A program made the position numbers and the translations under genes. Below are positions 13,916-27,721 of a stretch of 64,000 bases of DNA, piece after piece. The number at the start of each line of letters is the position of its first letter. Within the stretch, counting starts at the first letter, position 1. The stretch is taken from contig CAXHJY010001157.1 of the NCBI GenBank assembly GCA_964016885.1, positions 62,001 to 126,000 of the forward strand, read 5' to 3'. The stretch is from Eledone cirrhosa. Its lineage: Eukaryota. The notes beneath the pieces are model-generated. The model made no database searches. It saw only the letters and a program-made list of their open reading frames with translations, and was not told where the DNA came from.

Positions 13916-14179
13916 ACAGTAGGTTCAGTTATAATGATAACATTATATTATTAAATCACTCCAAATTCATGATTATTTAACATGAAGTTGAAACAAAAAA
14001 AGAACTGAAAGACAAAATGATACTAAAAACTATCGAGATAAAGACCAAAATGTGAATTTTATTGAATCCCTAATGAAAAAATGCAACTCAGCATGGGCGA
14101 CATCATTCATTTCATGAAAATTCGTTCACTATAGACAAAGCAGCAAAGGATACATTCGAGGTCTTCTTCTCCCACTCAT

Positions 14180-14480
14180 TTCCGGGAGTGTACTTAGACA
14201 CGTCTTCCAGAGGATACTATCAGAAGCAACCGTCTCCAGTTGAATCAGCTGGATTACCAAGCGAGACCCACCGAGCTTATGGATGTTATCCAACCCTCTT
14301 GCTTGTGGTCTATCTCTGGGTCACTTGCCGGTTGGTTCTACCTGTAAAATCTCTCCACCGGTTTTTTTACATAGGCATTCTAACCACATGTCCGTAATAT
14401 TGGAACACTATGATCTCGCGATTCGGAAAAATTGCAGCTCTAAGTGGAGCGACCCCCTGACTTCCGAGTTCCCAACCTAT
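14180..14480 (-). mobile_element. RTE-like LINE 3' fragment
   Basis: Minus strand 'GHVVRM...PTGK*PRDRP...ETVASDSILWK'. Confidence 0.5.
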
Positions 14481-15403
14481 CGAGTATACGATCTGAGTTC
14501 AAATCCCGCCGAGGTTGACTTTGCCTTTCATCCTTACGGGGTCGATAAAATAAAGTACCAGTAATGCACTGGATAATTGCTGGCCTTGTGCCTAAAGTAG
14601 AAACAATTATCTATGTGTGTGTGTGTGTGTTCAATCATTACTGGACCAAACTATTCATTTTACGACCATAAATTGTACTAAAAAAAAAGAATTTTAAAGG
14701 CTTGTCCAAAATTCTCCAGTACTTCGCTGTTTGTTAAATTACCAATATTGCATTGCTTACAATTCAACATTTTGCTTTTAAACGAATTCATATTTTATTA
14801 CAATTAAATCATATAATTGTTTCTACTTTTGGCACAAGGCCAGCAATTACTCAGTGTATTACTGGTACTTTATTTTATCGATTCCATAAGGATGAAAGGC
14901 AAAGTCAACCTCGGCGGGATTTGAACTCAGAATGGCAAGGGCCGTAACTCTATGCGTCAAAGCATAGCGTCCGACCCTCTACCGATACTGCCAAAAATAT
15001 AATGTTTATGTTTTACAATAAGACTCCGAAAGAAGAGAAAAATGGGAGAAGATATGCATACTCAATGACACGACAACAAGGTGTTTACCGCTAAACATTT
15101 TTGAAGCAAACTAAGACACTCACAACATGTGATAGCAAAGCTAAGTCACTGGAAGCACAATGTAACCATGGACGTAATTTTCCACTTCTAATTAATCCAT
15201 TAAAAGACATGGAATTGTATAAAATTCTGTTACATTAAATTGTCTAAATCTCATCTAAATATTGCTAATTTGTTGAATATGTTATAATTCTTTTTATTCA
15301 CAGTTGTAGAAATAACATTACAAATTGCTTACAATTCTTTCTGAAAGAAAAAATATATATAAATAATAAATACAATTATTGCTAGGAACCTCATAAATAT
15401 AAC

Positions 15404-15790
15404 TGTTTCTACTTTACGCACAAGGGCAGCAAATACCCAGTGTATTACTGGCACATTATTTTATCGACCCCGTAAGGATGAAAGGCAAAGTCAACCTCGG
15501 CGGGATTTGAACTCAGATCGTAAAGGGACGTAACTATGCTGGAAAGCATGGCGTCCGACCCTCTACTGATACTGCCAATCCACCGCCCTCATAAATATAA
15601 CTGTTTCTACTTTAGGCACAAGGCCAGCAAATACCCAGTGCATTACTGGTACTTTATTTTATCGACCCCGTAAGGATGAAAGGCAAAGTCAACCTCGGCG
15701 GGATTTGAACTCAGATCGTAAAGGGACGTAACTATGCTGGAAAGCATGGCGTCCGACCTTCTACCGATACTGCCAAACCACCGCCCTCAT
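15404..15790 (-). mobile_element. Tandem dimer of a tRNA-derived SINE (198-bp period)
   Basis: B-box GAGTTCAAATCCC on the minus strand; central GCCTTTCATCC...GTCGATAAAATAAAGTACCAG resembles Deu/Nin-type SINE domains; other copies at ~14490-14605, 14818-14993, 21437-21640, 28284-28470, 34000-34165, 48737-48912. Confidence 0.8.
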
Positions 15791-16324
15791 AAATATAACG
15801 CACCAAAATATACGATCAGAGCGAGAGAAAGGAAAAAAAGGGGGTGGGGAGAAACAAGAACGACCATCAATTTACCACCAAGTGCAACAATCGGCCGTTG
15901 AATTGTTACCTCAAAGAACTTGCCAATTATATTATGCTATAATTGTTAAGTGACGAAAATAGACGCAAATAATATATACAATACTTAACAAATATATAAG
16001 ATTAAAGAAAATGACCATCAATTCACCACCAAGTATGACAATCGGTCACACATCATAAGGGTCAACGGAACACTTTGAGGCAAGCCAACATACTCGCAAC
16101 ATTACCACAGATGATGGCGAGGCTAAGGCGCTGAAACAACCAAGCACCCTCACGGACATCGACTGACTAATAACTTGATGCAAGGGAAGTAACACCTAAG
16201 CATATTTTAGATGCCCTTGATTCTATATATTTTGCCTCAGGCATAACTTGCTTCTACTGTTTTGTTCATATCACTACCTCCGTCTCTCCCATTCACTATT
16301 GTAAGCAAATGAGGGCCCACGCGC

Positions 16325-16612
16325 TGGCCACCCCGCAGTCCCAGCAGATAGAGAAGGCGTTTTACTGGAGGATGGTGAGGGTGACACGTTGGAAGAGCCA
16401 TTCCAACTTGCGAGGCTCATACCTGCGGGTAGCCAACTCTGTGCCAATGGTGGTGAGAAGAGAGGTGGCCGAGGGCCAAGGACACCAGAAGTCTCCACTG
16501 CCACTGGCTCAACCGCAAACCTGTCAGAGCGACCGATATTTGGAGAGTTTATTCTCCTCAGCTTGAAGTGCAGCAAAGCCTGGATTAGTCACAAACTGCA
16601 CCAGGTTGTCAC
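16325..16612 (-). mobile_element. CRE-clade retrotransposon 3' fragment
   Basis: 'SDRFAVEPVAVETSGVLGPR'; homologous to the 13089-13915 and 44290-45197 copies. Confidence 0.75.
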
Positions 16613-19490
16613 TGATATCCCAATATGCACTGGAAGAAACGGTATTAACCTTAATTTACCAAAACTGTAGTGATTTCCAGAGGTTGACTGAGGGACTGTC
16701 CATCTTTCTGTTGTCTTTGTCCTGAATTTGAATTCATATTCTAAAGACTTAGTCATGCAGGCTTTTTATGAAGTATATATATATATATACATAGTATGGA
16801 ATAAAGCAACAAAGAGTCAATGTCGCATCATAACATATTACATATGTTTCACTATCAATCAGCTCGAGGAACAACCTATTATTGATTGAACCTGACTCTG
16901 TAATCTAAAAATTGTCAGATATGTTTCCGTATCTGGTCTCGTCTCCTACACCTATCATCATCATTTTATGTCTGCTTTTCCTTGCTTGCAAGGGTGGGAC
17001 AGGAACTCATTCTGGCTCGATTTCTACAGCTGGATGCCCTTCCTAACACCAATCTCATTTACAGTGAGTGCTGGGTGCTTTTTTTTTTTCCGTGGCACCT
17101 ACACGTCCACTTTACAGTGTGGGCTGGGTGCTTTTTTGCTGTGGCACCTACACATCTCATTTCTACAGCTGAGTAAACTGGAGCAATGTGAAATAAAGTG
17201 TCTTGCTCAAGGAAACAACATCACCCGGTCTGAGAATTGAACTCACAACCTTTCAATTGCAAGGCCAATGCTCTAACCACTAACCTATATATATATATAT
17301 TTGCTGGTATTTACCTATTTACGTTAGGACCAATGATTCTGTTAGAACTCCATATAGCACAGATATTAATATCCCCCTCCTCCCCATAAAAAACAAGGTG
17401 AAGGATGTTTTTGTACTCAATCTTATATTTTGTTGAGTATTCAAAAGAACTATCGAGTTGTATATATATATATATATATATATACAATAAAAACAAAAAT
17501 TGACAAGGATGAGTGCTTAATTAGTTTGTTGTTTTATGATTGTTTCAAAAGGTTGAATGAACCATGATAATATAAATATGTTGACTATTTGATAGCAGTT
17601 ATGTAACTTCATATTATTAGGCTCCTAATAATATGGAGTTCCATAATTGCTATGGTCCTCCTTTGTTTTCATAGTTCAGCCTATATTACATATATATATC
17701 ATCATTATCATTTAATGTCTATTTTTCTATGCTTAGATTGGTTGTCACTTTATGAGTCAGCTCTTGCTCATATGGATGTGTATTTTAGTTTGGTTCCTAC
17801 GATTGGATGCCCTTCCTAATACCAACTACATTACAGTGAAAATTGAGTGCTTTTATCATGTCACCAAAACGATCATCTAACAAGTTGGATTGGGTTTTTT
17901 TTTCTTATGTCACCAGTACGCCCACGTAACAAGGTGTACATGGTGCTTTTTTATTCTGTCAACAGCATGACTACTGATGATTATAATAATGATAAATATG
18001 GGTTATAATTTGCCCACTAATTACAAGGAAACATAACACTGCTGTACTTACATGCTTGCAAATGGGCAGCACTTGGAAAATACAATGTAACTGTAATCAT
18101 CATCATTTTATGTGCATTTCAATAAACTTATATGAGCTGCTTATGTCTCTAAATCCAAACCAACCAAGCTTATGGATACTATTTTGGGTGTAATAATCAA
18201 GCAAGATTAGTCTTTATAATATCAAAAATTACCATCTTTGCAATATTATAAAAAATATCAGAGAAAAAGTGTAGGTAGAAACTCCATTTCACTCAGTGTA
18301 AATTTAGGGTGCACAAAAGATGCAATGAGATGATAGGAACGCTAAGAGATTTTGTGCATGGCAGATTGCTACCTGGTTAAATATCATTTTCTTTTGAGTT
18401 TAAATACTGTACTTTTTAGTTTTAGTGAACATGATCAAGGCCATGATGGCACCAAGTTTATATATATCTCTCCAGTTGAAAACAATATAAAACAACTAAG
18501 ACAACAGAATTTTGATAATCTTTATTTAGAATTTACACAGCTAAAGAATTTGATTTTTTTTATTTGTTGTACTTTTGGTTTCAACATGTGAACAGCTTAT
18601 TTACCTGTTCTGTAATGAACAATTTCTTTAAACACAAACATAAGGGAATATTTTATTTTGTTGTTGAGAACATATATATATATATACATACATGCATACA
18701 CACAGACATCTATATATATATATATATAGAGAGAGAGAGACACACATTTATACAAATAGAGTCTTGTAGTCTGAATATGGCACGTGGGAGATAAAAATTG
18801 ATCAAGTGAGACTATCCTTGCCATTTCAAGACTGAAACCCCTTGTAACGGGTGTATGTGCTCTAATGAGAAGCAAACAAGGGAGAGAACTCCTATAGACT
18901 GATCTAGCCCAAGTCTTTTGGAATAATTTTAGACAATGCAGTAGGTGGTTAACCTTATCTATAAATTTCATACAGAGTGCCCCCCACCCATCACACATTT
19001 TCGCCTCTACCCTTTGTTGACCTATGTATGTATGTATAAGTATAATCAGTATCTTGCTGGATGGAAACCTGCTGAGCAATGTGTTAGTTGAAGTTGTGAC
19101 CAAACCACCTACCTGACTGCAATGATCAATGCCAACATTAGACAAGGAAGCATTTTTGTTGAGTCACTGAATTTGTAAATACAAGCTAAATCTGCTTTCA
19201 CATACAAAAATATTAAAGACAAAACAATGCACTGGGGCTCCTAAATACCCAACCACGGTATACATAGATTAACATTAGGCACCCAGGCAAAGCAAGGCAC
19301 TGGGACCCCTACATACAAACAATACATATAGATTAAAAGTGGGCTTCTCAGGCAACTGCCCAGCATGTTTATGCCTTACCCTTTTGATACTAAATCGCCT
19401 GAAAATGGCCTCCATTCTATGATACAAAACTTGATTTTAAAGTGTGTATATTTATCTAAAAAATTCATAATTTTATGTAAGAACCTTTAA

Positions 19491-19711
19491 CCCTTTAACA
19501 TTTAAACCGGCTGTATCCGGCCAGAATTCTCTCATCTCTTTCTGTTCAAACCAGCTGTAACTGGCCGCTCATGCTGATGTTAAGGTATTGTTCTCAAAAT
19601 AAATAATATCAAAATCTCATAGATTTGATATTATGTGAGATAAGTATGTGAGGTAATGCCTTTACCGTGAAAATACAATAGTAAATATAGAGTTATGTAA
19701 ATGCTAAAGGG
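19491..19711. mobile_element. piggyBac-type MITE family A, nested in an older TTAA-type MITE (family B, ~19378-19879)
   Basis: TTAA flanks and CCCTTT..AAAGGG TIRs; host element begins cccttttgatac and ends gaaagggttaa. Confidence 0.8.
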
Positions 19712-21815
19712 TTAAAGTATTTATATTTATCTACTATCATAATTTTATGTAAGAACCTTTAAGTTATATTCCAAACACCAACTAAATAACAAGAAAGTTA
19801 TTTTATTAAATCCCTCAAAATTCTTGATTATTTTCAAAGGTATTTGAAAATCATAGGCAGTATTTTTCATTTGAAAGGGTTAAATATAAGTATCATTGAA
19901 AGGACAAATGTCTGTCTATACTGTAGAATTAGTGAAAAAGTAGTTGAATTAATTAATTGGGGGTTCAATTCCTGGCAGAGGTGGTCATTCTATTTTAATT
20001 TTATTTTAATATCCTTGTAGTTTTCATAAAACCGAGATATAACATAATAAACTGTGATATTTGTGGTCAAAATCTTCATTGTGACCTCTGTTATGTTAGC
20101 ATAGAGTGGTCATTTAATTTTATTCAGATAATATGGTTACAGCTGACTAGGGCCACACAACAACAGCAAGAGCAGAAAATGATATTTATGCAATGGATGC
20201 ATAAGCCAAATGACACACACACACACATACAATCACAATTAAACACACTCACCAACACAGATACATCCATAATCACAATCACATATATATATATTTATGA
20301 AGAAAAACTTGTACACACACATATCTGTATGTATATACACACTCACACATATCCAGGTAAGTCATCATGTTTGTGTTTATGACAAAAAGACAATTTGTGT
20401 ATGATTATATATACACATCATGCATACACACACTCACATATATTTATATATATATATATATATACACACACATACACTTGTCCAGGTAAAAAAACACTCC
20501 CTAACATAAAGAAATGCCAGTCTATATGATATATATGTATATCACACTCACACACATATATATATATAATATACACATACATTATATATATATACACATA
20601 CTTGTTCTGTTAAAAAACAAATCAAAGACCTGTCCGTCTGTCATATATAATATACATATTACACATATACACCTGCCCACCTGCATGAAGGCAGGTTATC
20701 ATACACACCTGTTCATGTAAAAACAGGTGAGAAAAAAATAAATAAAAAAAAGCTATCATAGTAGTGCAGGAGGAGGAGGAGGAGGAGGAGGAAAGAGAAG
20801 TTTTGTCTGTGCGTCTTTTGAAAAAGCTGCAACTAACATAAATAGTCAGGATCCAGCCATAATTTTCCAGCACATATTTTTTTAAATTTTGTATACACTT
20901 GTTTTTCATGTGGTATATCATATGTGTTAATTATTGTCTATTTTATAATACTTTTATACTTATTTCATATCTTATCAAATTTTAATCTGTCTACCTACAC
21001 TGGTTAGTTTTCTTTTTTATATAACTTGGTTTGTTCAACTCCACATGTATTGTGACCCCTATCTTTATAATGTTTTATGTATTCCATGTACAAGCCCTTG
21101 TGGCTAATAAAGAAATCCTTATCATTATTATTATTATCATTATTATTATTACTATAGGAGGATGGTTGTGGTGGTAGTGGAAGTGATGACAGTAGAAGAC
21201 CCCCCCCCCTTCCCCCAATAATTGACGGTATCTAATTGATGCCGCACTACTACTGTTTGGCTTTGTATCTTGTTTGTCATCCCAGTCAACTAATTAAGTA
21301 CCAGTTATTCACTGGATGACGTATGGGATAAATTCAATTGACTGGACCTCCTAAAGTATTAAAATTTGGTAATTTGTCAAGTCAGAAAAAGATTTTTTTT
21401 AAAAATAAAATAATTTATTTTTGTTATAATAATAATGGTTTCTAGTTTTAGAACAAGGCCAGCAATTTTGGAGGAAAAGGACAAAGTTGACTAAACTGAC
21501 CCCAGTATTTCACTGGTACTTTATTTTATCAACTCCAGAAGGATGAAAGGCAAAGTTAACCTCGGTGGGATTTGAAATCAGAACGTAAAGAGCTGTAACT
21601 AAATACCACAAAGCATTTTGGCCGACGCTCTAACAATTCTTGCTATTATCATTATTATTATTATTATTTAATTTTTAATCTGGAGTGTTTTGTTTGTTCG
21701 TTTATTTAGTTTACATTGTTTTTATTATTCATTTACGTTTTAGTTTGTTTTAAATATATTTATTTTCTTTTGTTCTTAGATTTGTTTTTTTTTTCGTTAA
21801 GAGATTCAGAGATCT

Positions 21816-22118
<303 letters not shown>

Positions 22119-22189
22119 TTACATACAAATAAGTGTTATTTAAAAAAAACCTTCCAACTAATGAGGACCAAATTCAGTGAGACTATATA

Positions 22190-22398
22190 AACAACTAATG
22201 ATGAACAGATAAAGGTACTAGGATCAAATACAGTCAGTCAATGTGAACAACTAATGATGAACAGATACTGGTATTAGGATCAAATACAGTCAGTCAATGT
22301 GAACAACTAATGGTGAACAGAAACTAGTAATAGGATCAAATACAGTCAGTCAAGGTGAACAACTAATGGTGAACAGATACTAATATTAGGGCCAAATA
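22190..22398. repeat. 55-bp tandem repeat, ~4 copies
   Basis: Unit aacaactaatgatgaacagat...taggatcaaatacagtcagtcaatgtg. Confidence 0.85.
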
Positions 22399-22514
22399 TG
22401 TCAAACCTTTATCAAAGCTAATACAAATATGTTAACCCTTAACTTCAGGTCCTATTTTGTCAAATTTAAAGGTTTTCTAATCAAAACAGTTTGGTCCTTC
22501 AATTAATTTCTTAC

Positions 22515-22701
22515 CTGTGATGTATTGTGTCCCAGTGAAAACAGATGTGGTTTTCCTGCCAAAATAGCTCGGCTCCAATCAGGGTCTGATTCCAGGCCAA
22601 TAAACCAGTTTTCGTCATAGTCTTCGAGGAATTCTTTAAGTTCTTCATGGCTAGTGATTGGGTTCATTAGAATCTCATCCATCATCAATTTAAAACCATA
22701 C
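22515..22701 (-). CDS. PCNX4: PCNX4 coding exon 9 (YGFKLMMDE...WFIG...KPHLFSLGHNTSQ)
   Basis: 187 nt, AG acceptor and GTAAGA donor, phase 2/0. Confidence 0.9.
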
Positions 22702-24103
22702 CTAAATGAATAATTTTAGATGGAAAAACAGATAGATGTTTAATTCAACTATATTTAACTATACATACATATGTACACAAGCACATGCACATATCATCAG
22801 TATCATTATTTAATGTCCATTTTTCCTGCTAGCAAGGGTTGGATATGTTGCCACAGGCTGGTCAGTACCCAAGTAGAACCTCTAATCTCCAGGTGGGTTG
22901 GGGGGCAGACATATGATCTTGCGCTCTACCAAGTGCATTTTATCGTGGCACCAAAACTAAAGAAATTGTCATATCCTTGACATAGCTGAAGCGTTTTTTC
23001 AAGCCTTGGTTTTGCAGGTTTTCAATAGTTGGCTGCCTTACCTATCAGCAACCACTTAACAGAGCATACTGGGTGATCTTTTATTGTTTAGATCCCCAAA
23101 ACTAGGGAGGTTGTCATGCCTATGACACAACTAAAACCCTTTGGTTGGCAAGTTTTCATAGGCTGGATGCCCTTCCTCTCACTGACCACTTTACAGAGTG
23201 TACTAGATGTGTTTATTGTGTAGAATCACAAACAGACTAACAGAGAAAAGACTGTGTGTAGAATACACACAAGGGTAGTTAGTAGTAAGAGCACCAGTGA
23301 AATAAACTTTAGCCAATCTAAGGAAGGCTCCATAGAATTAGTTGACAGCTTCCTGTTACATAGGTGGCCAAATTACTTGTGCAGGAAAGTGCTCCAAAAA
23401 AATAGTAGCCAGAATAAGAAAATAGTGAAGAAAGTTTAACTTCAGTCTTAGTGACACTTTTGCTCACATTAGCATACAACTCTGCACCCAGAACTTCTTC
23501 CATGTGCATTTCACTCAAGCCACTATTGGCTGAAGTGTGTCTAATCCCTCTTCTCTATTTAACATGGCTTCTAGGTAACAAAATATCTTTATATATATAC
23601 CATATTCTCTTCATCAACATTTAATGTCTAGTTTTCCATATTGGCATGGATTGGAGAAGTTAGCACAAACCAAGTCAGTATTTAATTAGAGCTACTAGGC
23701 TCCCAGATGGGCTGGGGACCACATCTTACATACGTTCCGGTTTTGGCATTGTTTCGACAGCTGGATATCCTTCCAATCACCAACTGCTTTACAGAGAGTA
23801 CTGAGTGCATTTTATCATGGCACCAGCACTAAAAAGGCTGTCATGAGTGTGTGTGTGTGTGAAACAGGTGAAGAGGCTTCTCAGTTGTTTGGCATGGTTT
23901 ATATGGCTGGATATTGTTCCTAACATCAACTAATTTACAGAGTGTACTGGGTGCATTTTATCATGGCACCAAAATTTGGGAGTCTGTCATGTTCTTGACA
24001 CAACTAAATGTTCTCTTAACCCTCTGTCTGGCATGGCTATTAAGGCTAAGAAATGTAAAAAAAAAAAACCCCAACAAAACCAAAATATAAAAGGCAACTG
24101 TAC

Positions 24104-24224
24104 CTAAATGCTTTCAACACGATGGTCTGTAAGTCTTTGTTTTCAGCTAACCAGTCCCACATTGCATTCCAGGGTATATTACCAATGTAATATTTATACA
24201 GGTAGCTGGCAGGTGAGTGCACAT
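24104..24224 (-). CDS. PCNX4: PCNX4 coding exon 8 (DVHSPASYLYKYYIGNIPWNAMWDWLAENKDLQTIVLKAFR)
   Basis: Read manually; 121 nt, AG/GT, phase 1/2; 'G..PW....DWL......LKAFR' fits the PCNX4 C-terminal domain. Confidence 0.88.
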
Positions 24225-24384
24225 CTGAAATAGAGGGAATATATTTTTATATACACTGGATTTATATTGAACAGTACCGATATTAGGGTTGGTGAGTGGA
24301 TATATGAAGATTTATATAATGTATGTGTGTGTATGTATGCAAACAACAACAGTAATATGAAAAACCATAAATTGGTGAACTAAC

Positions 24385-24749
24385 CTTGTGATTCAAATAC
24401 TGAAGAACAAGCCATGGTGAGTTGAGAGTAACTGTTCATTAGTAGAGTGTCAGCTGCCACTTCAGAGATCACATGTTCAACAGGAAGCTGGTCAGTGGCA
24501 CTCCAGGCCAACTGACTCAGAACATAGGTGTACCAGTCGCGGGGAAAACTATCCTGGAGTTTCAGGAGCCAAGTAGGCTCAATTGGTAACTCACGCCACT
24601 TGACTGGGAGGCTCAACTGTGAGGAATAGATACACTTGAAGTCTGGGGAACCGGCCAGACTGGTCAGGGGACGGTAGATGCTGCTGCTGCCATTGGTGGA
24701 GTGTAGCTTCTTTTGGTGGGTCTTGGAGTAACAGGGCTGAGGGGAGATA
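24385..24749 (-). CDS. PCNX4: PCNX4 coding exon 7 (SISPQPCYSK...FPRDWYTYVL...FESQ)
   Basis: Phase-2 acceptor after a CT-rich tract (an alternative in-frame acceptor lies 21 nt upstream); GTTAGT donor; 365 nt. Confidence 0.78.
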
Positions 24750-24934
24750 CTGGAGGGAGAGAGAGAGATACTGGAGTGAGAAAGAGAGAGAGACAGAGAA
24801 TGAGAGTGTGATAGAGGTAAGAGAGAGATTGAAATAGACAAAGTGATTGAAGTACTGGAGAGACTAAGAGATACAGTATAATTGAGGTATTGGATATTTG
24901 CTGCTGCTGTCTCGGGTTGTTGTCATTTGCCTGA

Positions 24935-25370
24935 TTGAGATCAGAGATCAGTTTCCAGGGCCCTCTTGAGGTGGTCGACAAACTTGATGTCATGCCACCC
25001 TTTCTCTCGTCACGCAACAGGGCTGCAAAACTCAAATTTTGGCATGGAGAGCTGGATGAAAGCAGACATCTCAGCCCGCTCATTGGGGTATCAACCACAA
25101 TATGGCCCTTCCCCCAGGTGCTAACCTCTTTAAGAGGGAATGAATGTCCCTGAATTGGCTACGTAATTCAGTGCAGCTATGAACAACTGGAGGATGCGTC
25201 CATCAGCAGCTTGCCAGTGTGTCTCGCCAGAGGAGACTGCTCAATATATACTGAGTGAGTATCTGGATCTCCACACACTTGAGAAAATGGACCTCAAAGA
25301 CACCAATCCCACAACTGTGAGCTGAAGGACATCACATAACTGCAGCTGTCTCATATGCAAGAAGAAGAAA
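24935..25370 (+). mobile_element. Vingi/Ingi-like LINE 3' fragment
   Basis: Degenerate translation 'SCHPFSRHA', 'LPPGANLFKRE*MSLNWLR', 'WRMRPSAACQC..PEETAQYIL'; ends in CATATGCAAGAAGAAGAA tail. Confidence 0.65.
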
Positions 25371-25809
25371 GGTGCTGGCAAGAGAGCAAAAGTATGACTG
25401 AGGTATTAGATAGAGAGAGCAGATTAAATTAAGCAAATACTACTATTATAACTATTACTTCTAATGGAAAAGCAAATGAGTTGATTGTCAGATTGGAGCA
25501 AAGAAACCATGTCTCCATTGGGTTTGCCATTGCAGATATTATCTGCCAGTCACAACTCCTGGCAAAAGTGGTAACATGAAATAAAGTATTTTGTTGAAGA
25601 ACACAACACACCTTCTGGTCCAGGAATTGAACCCATGACCTTATGATCATGAGTCCAACATGCTAACCATGTGGCCACATGCCTTCACATTTACTACTAC
25701 AGTATAAATGGATCTACTACTACGTCTATTACACGTAACTGACCTCACTTGATTAACATGACTGTAACATCATATAACTAACATGTGACTGTAACATCAT
25801 GTGACTAAC

Positions 25810-26674
25810 CTGTTGATGTCAGTAACTGGTAACCCAAACATTGAAGGCTCAACAAACAGATCATCATCTTCTGACTCTTCTGTGATCTCTGGCTTGGCCC
25901 GAGGCTGGACAATGATGGTGATGGGTGAGATCTGGTCCTTCTTCAGCACAGTCATCGGGGCTTTCTTTCGGTTGTCGAGGGTGGTGGTCTCCCGGTCCTC
26001 GGACCAGACGCTGTCCGTGAAGCTGGCAACAGACGACGCCCACGACAATTTGCGCCGTTGCACAGCGGCAGCTGCGTTGGCTGCAATCGAGGAATCAGCC
26101 GTAGAGGGACGCGATGAAGCCTGGCTCGTGTCGATTCGGAAACTGTTGCCCACAGCAAACAGGTCATGGTCGGCTATCGATATTTTCTCGGATTTGTCCC
26201 CAGCAATATCGATGATTTGGGGCAGTTTCTCCATGAAGGGCATCTGTCCTTCATCCTTCTTCTCTTTCACTTTAAACACATGGTGTAGGAGTAACCAAAC
26301 GAAGCTCTTAAGGAAGTAGGATTTGGCAATCAACAGGCTGTTGGGTGAGTCAATCACTCCAATGAGAACACTGCGTGCATCAGAGTAGGTCTGCACTGGA
26401 AACGCATCATATGGTGTGAGAGTGTGGAACGGGTATTTATTGAAGGAGTTCCAACTGAAGGCTGATGATACAGAGCTACCATGCAGGTGGGGTTCAAATG
26501 TACTCTCAAAGTGTGTATCGATGTGTGTCGCCTCAACTGTGTGGCACGTAGTCTCCTGAAGTTCCAGTCCCTTTACACTGATTGCTACATGGCTGCTGCC
26601 TTGTTCCAACACACTGATCCAAGCCAGACGGTCCTGGAAACGTACCAAGTAGAAATTCCCTGGGTTTGGATCAC
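25810..26674 (-). CDS. PCNX4: PCNX4 coding exon 6 (GDPNPGNFYLVRFQDRLAWI...KGLELQETTCHTVEA...)
   Basis: 865 nt, AG acceptor and GTTAGT donor; 'RFQDR' and 'KGLELQETxCH' pecanex motifs. Confidence 0.92.
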
Positions 26675-27435
26675 CTGGAAAAAAAAAAAATCAAGGAAGA
26701 AATATTAATTTAAAAATATAAAAATGTCTGAAAAAAATAGTGTATCGCGATAATCGTGTAAGCTTAACTCTTTCTGATCATATTTCCAATATTTTTGCCA
26801 ATGATTTTCAAATAATTTTAAAGATCATTAAGAATTTATAGGGATTTAGTAATGTAACTAACTTTCTCATTATTAACTCTTTTGAAACTAACCCATCCAA
26901 AGCTGCCTCTGGTTCTATGAAATAAAATCACTTTTCTGAAGGGTTCCTATTTAATTTAAAATCTTCCAACCTAATAAGAACCTTTTGTTAAGTTATGCTA
27001 CAAATAATATCTTAAAGAAATAATTTTAGTAAATCCTTTCAAATCCTTCACAAATTCATTCAAACAGATTATTTCATTTAAAAATATGATAATTGAAAGG
27101 TTAAACTGATGTTTCGAGCATAACAAGGTTGACATATTGGGATGAGTGTTGGTTGGTAGTGAGATTGTGTTGAAGGAGAAGCAATTGACAGAAGAAAAAG
27201 CTAGAAAAATACATCATCATAATCGATTTTGCATTCACTTTTCAATGTTGGCATGGGTTGGATGCTCTTCTTGATGTCAACATATACCTGGTTAATATTA
27301 TTTTCTTGATTTAAGTAGGTTGTATATCACTGATGTTTGTTGAACCACTAAGCTGTGGTTTTTAAATGGTGTCAATATGGAGATACACAAACATAAATGG
27401 GCTTTCTTATAGTTTCCATCTATCAAATTTATTAA

Positions 27436-27639
27436 CCCTTTAGCACTTACATTACTCTATATTTACTATTGTATTTTCACTGTAAACACTTTATCTCATA
27501 ATATTGAATCTACGAGATTTTGATATTATTTATTTTGAGAACAATACCTTAATATAAGCATGAGCTTATGTTAAGCTGGTTTGAACAGAAAGAGGTGAGA
27601 GAATTCTGTCTGGATATAGCCAGTTTAAATACGAAAGGG
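27436..27639. mobile_element. piggyBac-type MITE family A (reverse orientation) inserted into a SINE
   Basis: TTAA flanks and TIRs; SINE sequence resumes on both sides. Confidence 0.8.
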
Positions 27640-27721
27640 TTAAGGCATTGATCAGCCCGAGTCTATAAAGACAGCCATATCTGCACCAATGAGGAAGAAG
27701 GAAAACAAGAAGTTTACTCAC

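Noticed and set aside
15480-15590. tRNA gene suggested by the B-box GAGTTCAAATCCC
   Set aside because: It is the tRNA-derived head of a multi-copy SINE, with no complete cloverleaf.
18597-19145. 182-aa minus-strand ORF
   Set aside because: No recognisable domain, includes microsatellite translation, and has no convincing exon structure.
24935-25400. Possible extra PCNX4 exon (GC-richer segment with an acceptor-like tract)
   Set aside because: All three minus-strand frames hit stops. The plus strand matches a Vingi-like LINE end, and exons 6 and 7 join in phase without it.
25801-26319. 172-aa plus-strand ORF
   Set aside because: Antisense shadow of PCNX4 exon 6.
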